Origin: Candidatus Woesearchaeota archaeon
GTDB taxonomy: Archaea > Nanobdellota > Nanobdellia > SCGC-AAA011-G17 > PNOQ01
Assembly (NCBI GenBank): GCA_964587005.1
Contig: CAZPJW010000001.1
Coordinates: forward strand, 11,986-75,985
Direction of reading: 5' to 3'
Length of the DNA stretch: 64,000 nt
The notes under the pieces: generated by a model
Told to the model about the DNA's origin: nothing
The model's database searches: none
What the model saw: the letters and a program-made list of their open reading frames with translations, nothing else
In this document: positions 38,217 to 48,425 of the stretch, in pieces
Position numbering within the stretch: position 1 is the stretch's first letter
How the letters are laid out: each line of letters opens with the position of its first letter
Translations under genes and position numbers: made by a program

Positions 38217-39193
38217 AAAAACAAGATATTCTAGATATTTTTAACAATAAGGATTTTATAGAGATATATTTAGAAGATGAGGCAACAACCAGAGCATACG
38301 AACATCATTTCGGAAGACTCGCAGAGATTATGCCCATTCAAGAAGGAAATCGAATTTTAGATGTTGGATCTGCACACGGAGTCCCATCTTTATCTTTATT
38401 TGAAAAGCAACCAAAAATAGAAGTGGTAGCTTTGGATCCGGCAACAAATTTATTAGCCATTTCAAGAGCACTATTTAAAGGAACGAACATAGAAAAATTG
38501 TTGGCTGGTTTTGCCCATAACGGAGCTGTCCTGACATATTTAGCAAATCAACATCAAAGATGTTCCCCCCATGGAGAAAGAATCTCTTATGAAGAGGGAT
38601 TTGCAGAAGACATAGCGGGCGGACGCCTTGAAGAGGGATTAAATTACATATTCCCTGGCGGATTTAATCATATAATGGGAAGTTTAGCATTACATTGGCT
38701 AATCAATCCAGAAAAAGCATTTCAAAATTTTCATGAATTACTAGCAAAAAATGGAACTGTTGGAATTTCAAGTGCCTCATGGAGATATCGGGCATCCAAT
38801 CCAGGATTAGATAACGAAAGAAGGATCGAAAACGCTCCATTTATGACAGCATTCTACGAAAACCTCGAATCTGCCTTAGACAGAGGAAAAAGCGAAAGTT
38901 CCGAAGAACCAAGAATATGGGATAAAAGCAAAGTAGAAAAATTACTCACTGAAACCGGATTTGAATTAATAGGATATTCAGAAGAAAAAGTTCCTTTCTT
39001 ATTTGGAGATATGCTAATGGCATGTAAGGGCGGGGCTTTCTATTCTAGTGACCGAATGAGCAGCACCGATAGCAAAGAATTAACCCAAATAGTAGAAGAA
39101 ACACTCGCAAAAACATTGAGAGAGGAAGACCCTTTCGAATCAATAAATCATTACTATGAAATCTGCCCATATATCTTGGCAAAAAAAGTATAA
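38213..39193 (+). CDS. Class I SAM-dependent methyltransferase
   Basis: RILDVGSAHGVPS is a motif-I-like sequence. Same size and architecture as the neighbouring methyltransferase. Confidence 0.5.
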   Translation: MKKQDILDIFNNKDFIEIYLEDEATTRAYEHHFGRLAEIMPIQEGNRILDVGSAHGVPSLSLFEKQPKIEVVALDPATNLLAISRALFKGTNIEKLLAGFAHNGAVLTYLANQHQRCSPHGERISYEEGFAEDIAGGRLEEGLNYIFPGGFNHIMGSLALHWLINPEKAFQNFHELLAKNGTVGISSASWRYRASNPGLDNERRIENAPFMTAFYENLESALDRGKSESSEEPRIWDKSKVEKLLTETGFELIGYSEEKVPFLFGDMLMACKGGAFYSSDRMSSTDSKELTQIVEETLAKTLREEDPFESINHYYEICPYILAKKV

Positions 39194-39235
39194 AGATTCA
39201 TTAAACTTATAAATCTCATTTAATTCTAAAAATTA

Positions 39236-39976
39236 ATGAAAAAGTTAGACGTGATAATTCCTTGTTTAAATGAGGAAAAAATTCTGGAACAATCCATCAC
39301 AACATTAAGAGGTTTCTTAAAAGAAAATATGTCAGATTATGATTATTCCATAACTATAGCAGATAATGGTTCAAAAGACTCAACTTTAGAAATTGCAAAA
39401 AGACTTTCGGAAGAGCATCCCGAAGTCGGATACAATAGATTAGAACAAAGGGGCAGAGGAAGAGCACTAAAAAAATCTTGGTCAGAATCAGATGCAGACA
39501 TAATAAGTTATATGGATGTGGACTTATCAACAGATCTGAAAGCATTCCGTCCAATGGTAGATGCAATAGCAAACGACAATTACCATTTAGCCACAGGAAC
39601 TAGATTAACAAAAGATTCAGAAACAAAAAGATGTTTCAAAAGAGAACTTACTTCAAGAGTCTACAACATCTTAATCAAATTAATCCTAAATACAAAATAC
39701 TCGGATGCCCAATGTGGATTTAAGGCTGTTGACAAAAAAACATTTCAAAAACTTCTTCCACATTTAAGAGACAACGAATGGTTCTTAGACACTGAATTAA
39801 TGACGATCGCAGAAAAAACAGATCATAACATATACGAAATACCTGTACTTTGGATAGAAGACATGGACTCAAGAGTAAATGTCTTAGACACCGCAGTAAA
39901 ATACATAAGAGATTTAATAAAAATAAGGTTTAGGCTAAAAAACATAAAAAATGAACTACAAAAAACTTCTGAATAA
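39236..39976 (+). CDS. GT2 glycosyltransferase
   Basis: LDVIIPCLNEEKILEQSITTL...IADNGSKDST...YMDVDLSTD (DxD motif). Confidence 0.7.
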   Translation: MKKLDVIIPCLNEEKILEQSITTLRGFLKENMSDYDYSITIADNGSKDSTLEIAKRLSEEHPEVGYNRLEQRGRGRALKKSWSESDADIISYMDVDLSTDLKAFRPMVDAIANDNYHLATGTRLTKDSETKRCFKRELTSRVYNILIKLILNTKYSDAQCGFKAVDKKTFQKLLPHLRDNEWFLDTELMTIAEKTDHNIYEIPVLWIEDMDSRVNVLDTAVKYIRDLIKIRFRLKNIKNELQKTSE

Positions 39977-41456
39977 TCCAAAATTCATAATAATCGCATT
40001 ATTTTTGTTCACCCTTCTAATTAGAATAATTTTCAAAAATGGGGGGTTATTCCATTTTGACAGTTATGCAGATGCAAAAACCGTAGAAGATATGTTGGAT
40101 ATGGGGAAAATGCAATATTCATACGCATATGGTTCTCCAACTACAATGATACTAGTATTTTTATTCTTTGTAATAGATCACTTACTAACCGGAGCAAGTC
40201 AAGCAGAAGCAGCATATTTTTTAGTAACTTTTCTAACTGCGGCATTATCAGTAGTCTTACTATACCTAATCACAAAAAAAATAACAAAAAACAATTTCAT
40301 TAGCACAAGCGCAGCGTTACTATTTTCATTAAGCCCAATCTTTCTCGCAGTAACAACTTACCCCAAAACACATGCCATATCGGTATTCTTCGGTCTACTC
40401 GGGGGATATTTGCTCTTGATCTCTTCAGAAAAATACTCATTAAAGTACTTAATTTTATCTGGCCTATCTTTCGGATTAGCAATTGGAACAAGACCATTCG
40501 CAGCACTGTATGTTTTGCCATTCGCACTGCTATACTTCGGTCCAAAAATAAAAAACAAAGCACTAATTCTAGATAAGAAAAAATTCAATCTAAAAAATAT
40601 AATAACTTTTTGCATTTCAACAGCAATAATCCCAATATTATTATTCCTACCATGGTGGCTAGAACAAGGGTTTTCAGATTTCCTTAGCAAAATAAATCCC
40701 GAAGTAGAAACGCGTGGAGGCTGGCTAGGGTTATTCTCAGAAAATACAATGCCATCATTCCTAAGTATAAAAGATTCATTTACCTGGTTTGGGATGGCAT
40801 TAGCGGGCTTAGGAAGTATCTACTTATACCTAAAAAAGAAAAAATATTTACTTTTCGTATTATTATTTTGGTTTGCAATAAATTTCTTCTTAATTGGGAA
40901 TCTAGCAAGGGTGCATGCGAGATTCCTCATACCAACATTCATCCCATTAGTAATCTTAATCGCTTTGGGACTAAGAATGATTCATCTAAAAAATAAAATG
41001 GCAGCAATAGTCATACTCATAATTTTACTTGGAAGCATGTTCTCTATTGCTTACCCAATAATCAACTACCGACATAATTACTCTGGAACAAAAGAATTCG
41101 CTTTATTCGTACAAGAAAATACTCCGGCAAATTCAGTAATAATGTCAAACGACCTAGGTTTTTTCATAGAATACTATGGAGATAGAACAAAGATAGCCCA
41201 TCCAAGAAATGGAAATGATGAAGATATCGCCACATTTGTACAAGAACTAAAGAATTATCTAAATTCTGGAACCGAAGTTTATGCAACTGAAGAAGGGTTT
41301 GGAATAGATCCCGGACAAAAAGTATTGGCATCACTTCAAGAAAATTTTGAAATAGAGTTCATCGGAGAAAAAGAATCTGAATGGTATGGCGGGAGTTCAA
41401 TAGAGTTAAAACCATATAACGAAAAGTTATTTAAACTAGTCCTAAAAAACCAATAA
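39951..41456 (+). CDS. GT-C-like multi-TM membrane glycosyltransferase (ArnT/PMT_2-like)
   Basis: 501 aa with about 11 TM helices. Has an early extracytoplasmic loop carrying acidic residues (HFDSYADAKTVEDMLDMG). Has a C-terminal soluble domain. Confidence 0.4.
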   Translation: MNYKKLLNNPKFIIIALFLFTLLIRIIFKNGGLFHFDSYADAKTVEDMLDMGKMQYSYAYGSPTTMILVFLFFVIDHLLTGASQAEAAYFLVTFLTAALSVVLLYLITKKITKNNFISTSAALLFSLSPIFLAVTTYPKTHAISVFFGLLGGYLLLISSEKYSLKYLILSGLSFGLAIGTRPFAALYVLPFALLYFGPKIKNKALILDKKKFNLKNIITFCISTAIIPILLFLPWWLEQGFSDFLSKINPEVETRGGWLGLFSENTMPSFLSIKDSFTWFGMALAGLGSIYLYLKKKKYLLFVLLFWFAINFFLIGNLARVHARFLIPTFIPLVILIALGLRMIHLKNKMAAIVILIILLGSMFSIAYPIINYRHNYSGTKEFALFVQENTPANSVIMSNDLGFFIEYYGDRTKIAHPRNGNDEDIATFVQELKNYLNSGTEVYATEEGFGIDPGQKVLASLQENFEIEFIGEKESEWYGGSSIELKPYNEKLFKLVLKNQ

Positions 41457-41459
41457 TAC

Positions 41460-42617
41460 ATGAAAATCTGCCTCTGTATAACCCGATTAAAAAGTGATTT
41501 AAGCGAAGCAATAAGCAAAAATTTCTTTAGGTTAGCCGAAGAATTGACAGACCAAGGACATGACGTAACAATGTATTCTCCGGTAAGCATTGAAACCCCA
41601 TCAAAAACAAAATTAGTAGTATACTCAAAAGAACATTCATATCAATCCAAATTCTCGGTTTTAAAAAATATGAAAGAACTCTCAAAAAGAATAAATAAAG
41701 ATCATTCCGATTTTGATGTTGTACACATCCACGCAGGATTCCTATTAGAAGCATATTTACTAAGCAAAAAGATAAACAAATTCAAAACTCCTCTTTATAT
41801 CACATTATGGCAACCATATTTTGGGTTTAAAGAGTTTAGTAAAATACCTCATTTTATATTCATAAAACCAAAGGATTATCTTTACCACTTTATACTAAAT
41901 TCATTTCTAGTGACTCATTTTATGGGAGGCAAAGTAAAAAATAAATACGATAAAATAATAGTCTCATCAAATTACCAAAAAGAGCAACTAACAAAAATTC
42001 TGCCAGAAAAAATCATAAAAACAATACCAAATGGTTTAATTGACTCAGAAATAAAAAAAGAATCTTTCAACGAACAACCAAATATACTATATATAGGACA
42101 TTTTACTTCTTACAAAGGGACAGATACACTAATAAAATCCCTATATTTTATAAAAAAAGAATACCCCGAAACAAAACTAACTCTCGCATACAGCGGATAT
42201 GGTTCAAAACAAGAAATAGTAGAATTAATAAAAAAATTAAAATTACAAAACAATGTAATTCTAAAAAACAAAATAGATGTCTATCCAGAATTAGCAAAAA
42301 ATGACTTCCTAATCATCCCATACAAAGCAACAATAGGAACAAGTCATTATCACAATGTACTTTTAGAAGCAATGTCCGTTGGTATTCCCATTCTCGCAAG
42401 CAAAATTGGTTCAATCCCCGAGCTAATTACTGATGAAGAAACAGGTATATTTATTAATCCAAAAAAACCCCACCTTATAGCAAAAAAAGTTATAAGCACA
42501 TTTTCAAATAAAGAACTAATAAAAAAATTATCTGAAAACGAAAGAAAACTATTTCGGGAAAGATTTATAATTAAAAGAGTCGCACAACAACATCTAGATA
42601 TGTACGGTGAGCAATAA
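41460..42617 (+). CDS. GT4 (group 1) glycosyltransferase
   Basis: C-terminal EAMSVGIPILASKIGSIPELITDEETGIFINP is the E..E GT4 signature. Confidence 0.65.
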   Translation: MKICLCITRLKSDLSEAISKNFFRLAEELTDQGHDVTMYSPVSIETPSKTKLVVYSKEHSYQSKFSVLKNMKELSKRINKDHSDFDVVHIHAGFLLEAYLLSKKINKFKTPLYITLWQPYFGFKEFSKIPHFIFIKPKDYLYHFILNSFLVTHFMGGKVKNKYDKIIVSSNYQKEQLTKILPEKIIKTIPNGLIDSEIKKESFNEQPNILYIGHFTSYKGTDTLIKSLYFIKKEYPETKLTLAYSGYGSKQEIVELIKKLKLQNNVILKNKIDVYPELAKNDFLIIPYKATIGTSHYHNVLLEAMSVGIPILASKIGSIPELITDEETGIFINPKKPHLIAKKVISTFSNKELIKKLSENERKLFRERFIIKRVAQQHLDMYGEQ

Positions 42618-43336
42618 TGAAGGAAGAGGGAATTAGAAAACACTATCAAAAAGAATACGTAGTAAATAAATACGAAAAAAAAAGAATTCTTTCGTACGGT
42701 GGAAAAATAGTAGATTCTAATGAAAAAGAAATAATTCTAAATTTACTAAGGGGCCCAGAAACAAAAAGGGTATTGGATTTGGGTGCAGGAACTGGGAGAA
42801 TATCACTATTAATGGCAAAAGAAGGATATGATGTAACAAGTTTTGATCAATCTGATGTAATGTTAAAAACTATAGCGGAAAAAAGTAAAGAAGAAAATTT
42901 AGATTTAACCTTAATCAAAGGAGATGCATTCAATCTACCTTTCCAAGACAACACTTTTGATGCTTGTGTAAGTCTAAGAGTATTATGGCATCTGCCACAT
43001 CCAGAAAAAGTAATAAGTGAGGTTCAAAGGGTTCTAAAAAAAGATGGAATATTTATCTTTGATCTATTAAACAAAAAAAGTCTAAGATATCCTTACACTC
43101 CATTAGCTAACTTATTTGTATACACAAAACTAATGAACATAACTGAAATGAAAGGATTGATTGCTTCACAAAATTTAGGAATAGAATCACAAAGACAACA
43201 TTTCATATTCCCATATTTACTCTACAGACATTCTCCTAAATTCATTGCAGAACCACTAAACAAATTAGAAAATAAGCTACAAAACACAAAAATGAAGAAA
43301 TACTCTTCAGTAATATACTTCAAAGCGAAAAAATGA
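42617..43336 (+). CDS. Class I SAM-dependent methyltransferase
   Basis: RVLDLGAGTGRISLLMAKEGYDVTSFDQS (motifs I and post-I). Motif II region ACVSLRVLWHL. Confidence 0.6.
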   Translation: MKEEGIRKHYQKEYVVNKYEKKRILSYGGKIVDSNEKEIILNLLRGPETKRVLDLGAGTGRISLLMAKEGYDVTSFDQSDVMLKTIAEKSKEENLDLTLIKGDAFNLPFQDNTFDACVSLRVLWHLPHPEKVISEVQRVLKKDGIFIFDLLNKKSLRYPYTPLANLFVYTKLMNITEMKGLIASQNLGIESQRQHFIFPYLLYRHSPKFIAEPLNKLENKLQNTKMKKYSSVIYFKAKK

Positions 43337-44280
43337 ACAATCCATTAACAAATAAAATGGTTTTAAGAGCAATCGGAATAATCATATTTATTTTAATAGT
43401 AATTGAATTAGACCTCACAAAAACAACCGAAATATTGAGTGAAACTAAACTAGCTTATTTTTTAGCTGGTCTGGCTTTATTCATTCCACATTTATTCTTA
43501 AAGGTATATAGGTGGAGCAGAATATTATACTTTCAAAGAATCAGAATAAAATTCAAACAACTTATCCACCCGTACGTAGGATCATATGGTCTGGGAATTA
43601 TTACTCCTTGGAAAGTTGGAGAGACCACAAGAATTTTCTATCTAAGAAGTAAAAAAGTTCCATTGGGGACCGCTTCATTTAGTGCATTAATTGATAGACT
43701 GGTAGATGTTTCATTCTTTATGTTAATTGGGGTACTCAGTATGTTTTTCTTATTTTCATATTTCAAAAGCTATTTGGTGGGCGTAACTTTAGCAATTGTC
43801 TTGATAATTGCAGGAGCAATGCTAATCATAAAATTCAGACACAAATTATTCAAATTTGCAACCAAATTTATAATCCATAAAAAAATAAGAGATAAAACAG
43901 ACATAACCATACGAGAAATTTGGGCAGAATTTAAGAAATTCAGATTCATGGCATACGTTGAATTGTTCTTGATAACTGCCTTGTCCTGGTTATTTTTCTA
44001 TTTTGAAGTATACCTATTCTCAATGGCCCTAAGTATTCCATTAACTCTCTGGCACGTAATAATCTTGGTCTCGATTGCAAGTATTGTCAACATGCTCCCA
44101 ATAACCGTATCCGGAATTGGAACAAGAGATGCAACCTTCGCATTCCTATTTGGCATATTTGGGTTTGCAACAGAACAAGCAATAGCACTGTCATTATTAA
44201 TTCTATTTATGTGGGTAGTAAATGCCCTATTCTGCCTGGTTTTCTGGTGGGAAAGACCCATACAAATTAAAAATGCATAA
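43333..44280 (+). CDS. Flippase-like membrane protein (LPG-synthase TM region / UPF0104 family), paralog of 19284..20168
   Basis: 8 TM helices with the conserved block LPITVSGIGTRDATFAFLFG. Confidence 0.5.
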   Translation: MNNPLTNKMVLRAIGIIIFILIVIELDLTKTTEILSETKLAYFLAGLALFIPHLFLKVYRWSRILYFQRIRIKFKQLIHPYVGSYGLGIITPWKVGETTRIFYLRSKKVPLGTASFSALIDRLVDVSFFMLIGVLSMFFLFSYFKSYLVGVTLAIVLIIAGAMLIIKFRHKLFKFATKFIIHKKIRDKTDITIREIWAEFKKFRFMAYVELFLITALSWLFFYFEVYLFSMALSIPLTLWHVIILVSIASIVNMLPITVSGIGTRDATFAFLFGIFGFATEQAIALSLLILFMWVVNALFCLVFWWERPIQIKNA

Positions 44281-44315
44281 ATTTTATAAAGCAAATATTT
44301 GTTCCTTTTGTATAA

Positions 44316-45431
44316 ATGGAGATAGAGGTAGCTAATAAAAAAATTGGTGAAAATCATCCAGTTCTAATTATAGCTGAGGCCGGAGTATGCCATGATGGAG
44401 ACATAGAAAAAGCTAAAGAATTAGTAGACATTGCAAAAGATTGTGGGGTAGATATAGTAAAATTCCAAACTTGGAAAACCGAAGAATTATGTCTAGAGGA
44501 CTCAGAAAAAGCAGAATATCAAAAAGAACAAACTGGCACAGATGAGAATCAATTTGATATGATAAAAAAGTTAGAACTAAGCTATGAAGATTTCATAGAA
44601 TTAAGAAGTTATTGTGATAAAAAAGGAATTATTTTCATGTCTACACCTGACGAAGAAAAAAGTGCCAAATTTTTAATAGAGTCAGTAAATATTCCTGCAA
44701 TAAAAATAGGTTCTGGAGAAATAACAAACCACCATTATCAAAAATATCTGGCAGCTTTCAAAAGACCACTGATCATTTCTACAGGAATGGGGACAATGGA
44801 AGATGTAAAAACAATTAAAGAAATAACGGATGGCCAAAACAACGATAAAGTTATTTTCTTACATTGTACAACAGATTACCCTGCAAAGTATGAAGATTCA
44901 AACATCAATGCAATGGTAACCATGAAGAAAGAACTTGGAACCATAATTGGTTATTCTGATCACACAATGGGGATATATGTTCCACTAGTTGCAGTTGCAT
45001 TAGGAGCAGAAGTAATAGAAAAACATTTCACCTACAGTAGGCTAGCTGAAGGTCCAGATCACAAAGCATCCTTAACTCCCGACCAATTAAAAGAGATGGT
45101 AGAAGAAATAAGAGAATTAGAAAAAATACCCCCAGAAGAAAGAAAAAAACATGTAAGAAATGCAATTGGAAACAAAATGTTTGATCTAATAGCCGGATCA
45201 CATGAAAAGAAAGCAACAGAAAGAGAAGAGAAAAATAAATCTTACATGCAAAAGTCAATAGTGATAAAAGAAGACACACCAGCTGGAACAAAATTAGAAG
45301 AAGGCCACTTATTGATGAAAAGAGCAGACAAGAGGGGTATCGCAGCAAACAAATACACAGAACTACTCGGAAAAGAAACCCTGAGGAACATGAAAAAAGA
45401 CGAAATAATTACATTCGACGATATAAAATAG
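44316..45431 (+). CDS. neuB: Nonulosonic acid synthase (NeuB family: N-acetylneuraminate/legionaminate/pseudaminate synthase) with C-terminal SAF domain
   Basis: ENHPVLIIAEAGVCHDGDIEKAKELVDIAKDCGVDIVKFQTWKTEEL is the NeuB TIM-barrel signature. A SAF-like domain occupies about 100 C-terminal residues. Confidence 0.8.
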   Translation: MEIEVANKKIGENHPVLIIAEAGVCHDGDIEKAKELVDIAKDCGVDIVKFQTWKTEELCLEDSEKAEYQKEQTGTDENQFDMIKKLELSYEDFIELRSYCDKKGIIFMSTPDEEKSAKFLIESVNIPAIKIGSGEITNHHYQKYLAAFKRPLIISTGMGTMEDVKTIKEITDGQNNDKVIFLHCTTDYPAKYEDSNINAMVTMKKELGTIIGYSDHTMGIYVPLVAVALGAEVIEKHFTYSRLAEGPDHKASLTPDQLKEMVEEIRELEKIPPEERKKHVRNAIGNKMFDLIAGSHEKKATEREEKNKSYMQKSIVIKEDTPAGTKLEEGHLLMKRADKRGIAANKYTELLGKETLRNMKKDEIITFDDIK

Positions 45432-45444
45432 CCATCTAAATAAA

Positions 45445-46230
45445 ATGGGAAAATTAAAAGTAAATAAATTAATTGTAAGAAGCAAAAATCTTCCAGAGAA
45501 ACTAGACGGAATAAGAATACTTCACCTTTCTGATTTCCATTTTGTGAAGGGAGATAAAATTGTAAACAAATTAATAACCAACTTAAAAAATCAAAACTAT
45601 GATCTAACTTGTCTTACAGGAGATTATGCAGATAGTGAAAAGGGATTAAAAATATTAAAACAAGTTTTTAGGGCAATAAAAACAAAAAACATCTTCGCAA
45701 TTTTGGGGAACCATGATTATAGATATTTAGATAAATTAAAAGAAATTCTAAACAATTCAAAAATCAAATTACTTGTAAACGAAGGAACAAATCTAACATT
45801 AAACAATGAAAATCTATTCATAGGTGGAACTGACGTAACTGTATATGATGATGTTCAAGCGGGGCTATCTGGCAGAGCAGACGTAGAAAAAACCATGAAA
45901 AACAGTCAAGACGGCTTCAAACTCTTACTAACTCATTCTCCAGATACAATAGAAGATGCAGTAAAAAACAATGCCGATCTGGTTTTAGCAGGCCATACTC
46001 ACGGAGGACAAATAAGACTTCCACTAATTGGAGCAATTTACGCTTCTTCAAAATATGGAACAAAATACGCATCCGGGCTATTCAAGATAAACAATACAAA
46101 AATGTATGTCACAAAAGGCATTGGAAAAGTAAAAGTCAACTTAGGGAAAAAGAGACTAAAAATCCCTTTAACAAATATAAGATTAAATTGCCCATCAGAA
46201 ATATCTATAATCACATTGAGAGGTGCTTAA
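45445..46230 (+). CDS. Calcineurin-like metallophosphoesterase
   Basis: ILHLSDFHF (motif I), GNHDY (motif III) and LAGHTHGGQ (motif V). Confidence 0.65.
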   Translation: MGKLKVNKLIVRSKNLPEKLDGIRILHLSDFHFVKGDKIVNKLITNLKNQNYDLTCLTGDYADSEKGLKILKQVFRAIKTKNIFAILGNHDYRYLDKLKEILNNSKIKLLVNEGTNLTLNNENLFIGGTDVTVYDDVQAGLSGRADVEKTMKNSQDGFKLLLTHSPDTIEDAVKNNADLVLAGHTHGGQIRLPLIGAIYASSKYGTKYASGLFKINNTKMYVTKGIGKVKVNLGKKRLKIPLTNIRLNCPSEISIITLRGA

Positions 46231-47353
46231 AATTTTACCAAAATACTCACATGACTATACAATAACAGATTTCTTCTATTGTATATCCGGACTATTCAAA
46301 GATTATTCAAAAGAACTTAACAAAGAACTATCAAAATTGTTCCCAAATAACTACTTCATATTTTTAGACAGTGGAAGATCTGCATTATCATTACTTCTAA
46401 AAACCATGCATCTACCTAAAAAAAGTGAAATAGCGATTCCAGTAAATGTATGCAGTGTAGTAGTTGAAGCAATTTTAAGAAACAATTTAACCCCACTAAT
46501 AATTGACATAGACAAAAATCTAACAATGTCTCCAAAAGATTTAACCAAAAAAATAACAAAAAAAACAAAAGTAATAATTCTAGTATATTCCTACGGGAAC
46601 ATTCCAGAAATAGAGAAGTTATCAAATATAGCAAGGGAGAATAATTGCACCATAATCGAAGACATGGCACAAACATTCAATCCAAAACACAAAAACCTAA
46701 AACTAGGAAGTTTGGGTGAAGGCAGCTTCATAAGTTTAGACGTGACAAAACATATTTCTTCTTTTAATGGAGGAATATTCATAACAAAAAATAAAGAAAC
46801 ATATAATAAAATAAAAGGAGAAATTACAAAAAAAGAAAGTATATTGAAAGATTTAGAAAGAATCTCTAAACTAAAGGCATTTTGGTTCCTGACAACTAAA
46901 TCTATCTACAATCTAATAACAAGAAAATTGATAAAAAATCTAAAGGACGCATCCTTCTACGAACCAAGTTACAAAAGACTATCAAACGTAGGAAAGGCAC
47001 TAGCATACAGTCAATTAAGAAAACTAAATAAAATAAATCACACAAGAAAGAAAAATGCCTTAACGTTCCTACATTATTTAAATAACAAAACAAAAGTATT
47101 CATCCGAAGCAAAACCAATCCTACATTTTTATTCCTTCCAATAGGAGTAAAAAACAAAAAAAGAATCCTAAACTCAGAATTAATTGATTTTCCTAGACCC
47201 TCACCATTACTAACTAACCTAAACAAATATAAAAAATATTGGACAGATTGTCCCAATGCAGAATCACTATATGAAAAACTCCTATTAATCCCCACTTATA
47301 AAAAAATAGGAACAGAAACAAAAAAAATAAGCAACATGATAACAAATGGATAA
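46223..47353 (+). CDS. DegT/DnrJ-like PLP-fold protein (divergent)
   Basis: LDSGRSALSLLL...IPVNVCSVVVEAI...IEDMAQTF...DVTKHISSFNGGIFIT parallels the order of the DegT family blocks, but is weakly conserved. Confidence 0.35.
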   Translation: MLKILPKYSHDYTITDFFYCISGLFKDYSKELNKELSKLFPNNYFIFLDSGRSALSLLLKTMHLPKKSEIAIPVNVCSVVVEAILRNNLTPLIIDIDKNLTMSPKDLTKKITKKTKVIILVYSYGNIPEIEKLSNIARENNCTIIEDMAQTFNPKHKNLKLGSLGEGSFISLDVTKHISSFNGGIFITKNKETYNKIKGEITKKESILKDLERISKLKAFWFLTTKSIYNLITRKLIKNLKDASFYEPSYKRLSNVGKALAYSQLRKLNKINHTRKKNALTFLHYLNNKTKVFIRSKTNPTFLFLPIGVKNKKRILNSELIDFPRPSPLLTNLNKYKKYWTDCPNAESLYEKLLLIPTYKKIGTETKKISNMITNG

Positions 47354-48422
47354 AATATTAAATCTAACAAAGGAAAATGAAAAATTGTGGAATAGTTTCC
47401 TTGATGAAAAAGAATCAAGTACATTTTTTCATACCCTAGAATGGAAAGAAATAGTAGAAAAAGTATATGGATTTAAACCATTATATTTCATAAATTTAAA
47501 TGAGGGCAACAAAGTATCTGCAATTTCCCCCAGCTTTTTTACAAAAAGTATCTTATTCGGGAAAAAAATAATTTCCACTCCATTCAACTTTTACAATGGC
47601 CCGATATTCAATGACGAAAACTCCGGAAAAGAAATAATACTCCGCACAATAAATGAAGCAAAAAAAAGAAATTCAAAGTATGTAGAATTTAAGTTTATGA
47701 ACGAAATCGATGAAAGTTTAGTAAGGGAGTTTGAACTAAAGAAAAACGACCATTATTTTATTTCAAACTTAAAACTTTCAAAATCATACGAAGAAATAAA
47801 AAACAACTATAATCCAAGACTTAGGAAAAATCTTAGAACATTAAGAAAAAATGCTGAGAGAGACAACATATTCACAAAAGACTTAGAAAATCTAAACGAA
47901 TTAAAACAATTGCACAATATAATGGTAAAAACTCTTAGAAATAAGCATCATATGATTTCCCAACCATTCGACTTGTTCTCAACAATGTACACTAAATTAA
48001 GAGAAAAGAATATGATAAAAATATTATTGTCAAAAAAAGACAAAAAAATCATAGCTGGCATGATAATCTTATTTTTCAAAGATAAAGCAGTCTATGCGTG
48101 GGGAGTTTCAGACTTGAATTATAAAAATTATAGCCCAAGCTCATTGCTTATAGATGACGCAATCAAATATTGTTGTGAAAACAATTGCAGGGAACTAGAT
48201 TTTGGGGTTAGCAGCCCCCAACACCCAAGTTTGATTGAATTCAAAGAAAAATGGGGATGTACTAAAAAAAAGCTTCCGTACTACATAAAATTAATAAACA
48301 CAAAAGAGGTTCCGGAAATGGATTATCACACTACATTTAAGGAATTAAGGAAACCTTTTAGATATGTTCCATTATGGCTTATAAAAAAATCATCAAAAAT
48401 AATAACAAAAAACTTGGGATAA
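47346..48422 (+). CDS. FemAB-family / GNAT-fold transferase
   Basis: N-terminal FHTLEWKEIVEKVYGFKPLYF and overall 358-aa two-lobed layout resemble FemX/FemAB-type transferases (Acetyltransf_6 / DUF482 families). Confidence 0.45.
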   Translation: MDKILNLTKENEKLWNSFLDEKESSTFFHTLEWKEIVEKVYGFKPLYFINLNEGNKVSAISPSFFTKSILFGKKIISTPFNFYNGPIFNDENSGKEIILRTINEAKKRNSKYVEFKFMNEIDESLVREFELKKNDHYFISNLKLSKSYEEIKNNYNPRLRKNLRTLRKNAERDNIFTKDLENLNELKQLHNIMVKTLRNKHHMISQPFDLFSTMYTKLREKNMIKILLSKKDKKIIAGMIILFFKDKAVYAWGVSDLNYKNYSPSSLLIDDAIKYCCENNCRELDFGVSSPQHPSLIEFKEKWGCTKKKLPYYIKLINTKEVPEMDYHTTFKELRKPFRYVPLWLIKKSSKIITKNLG

Positions 48423-48425
48423 AAA

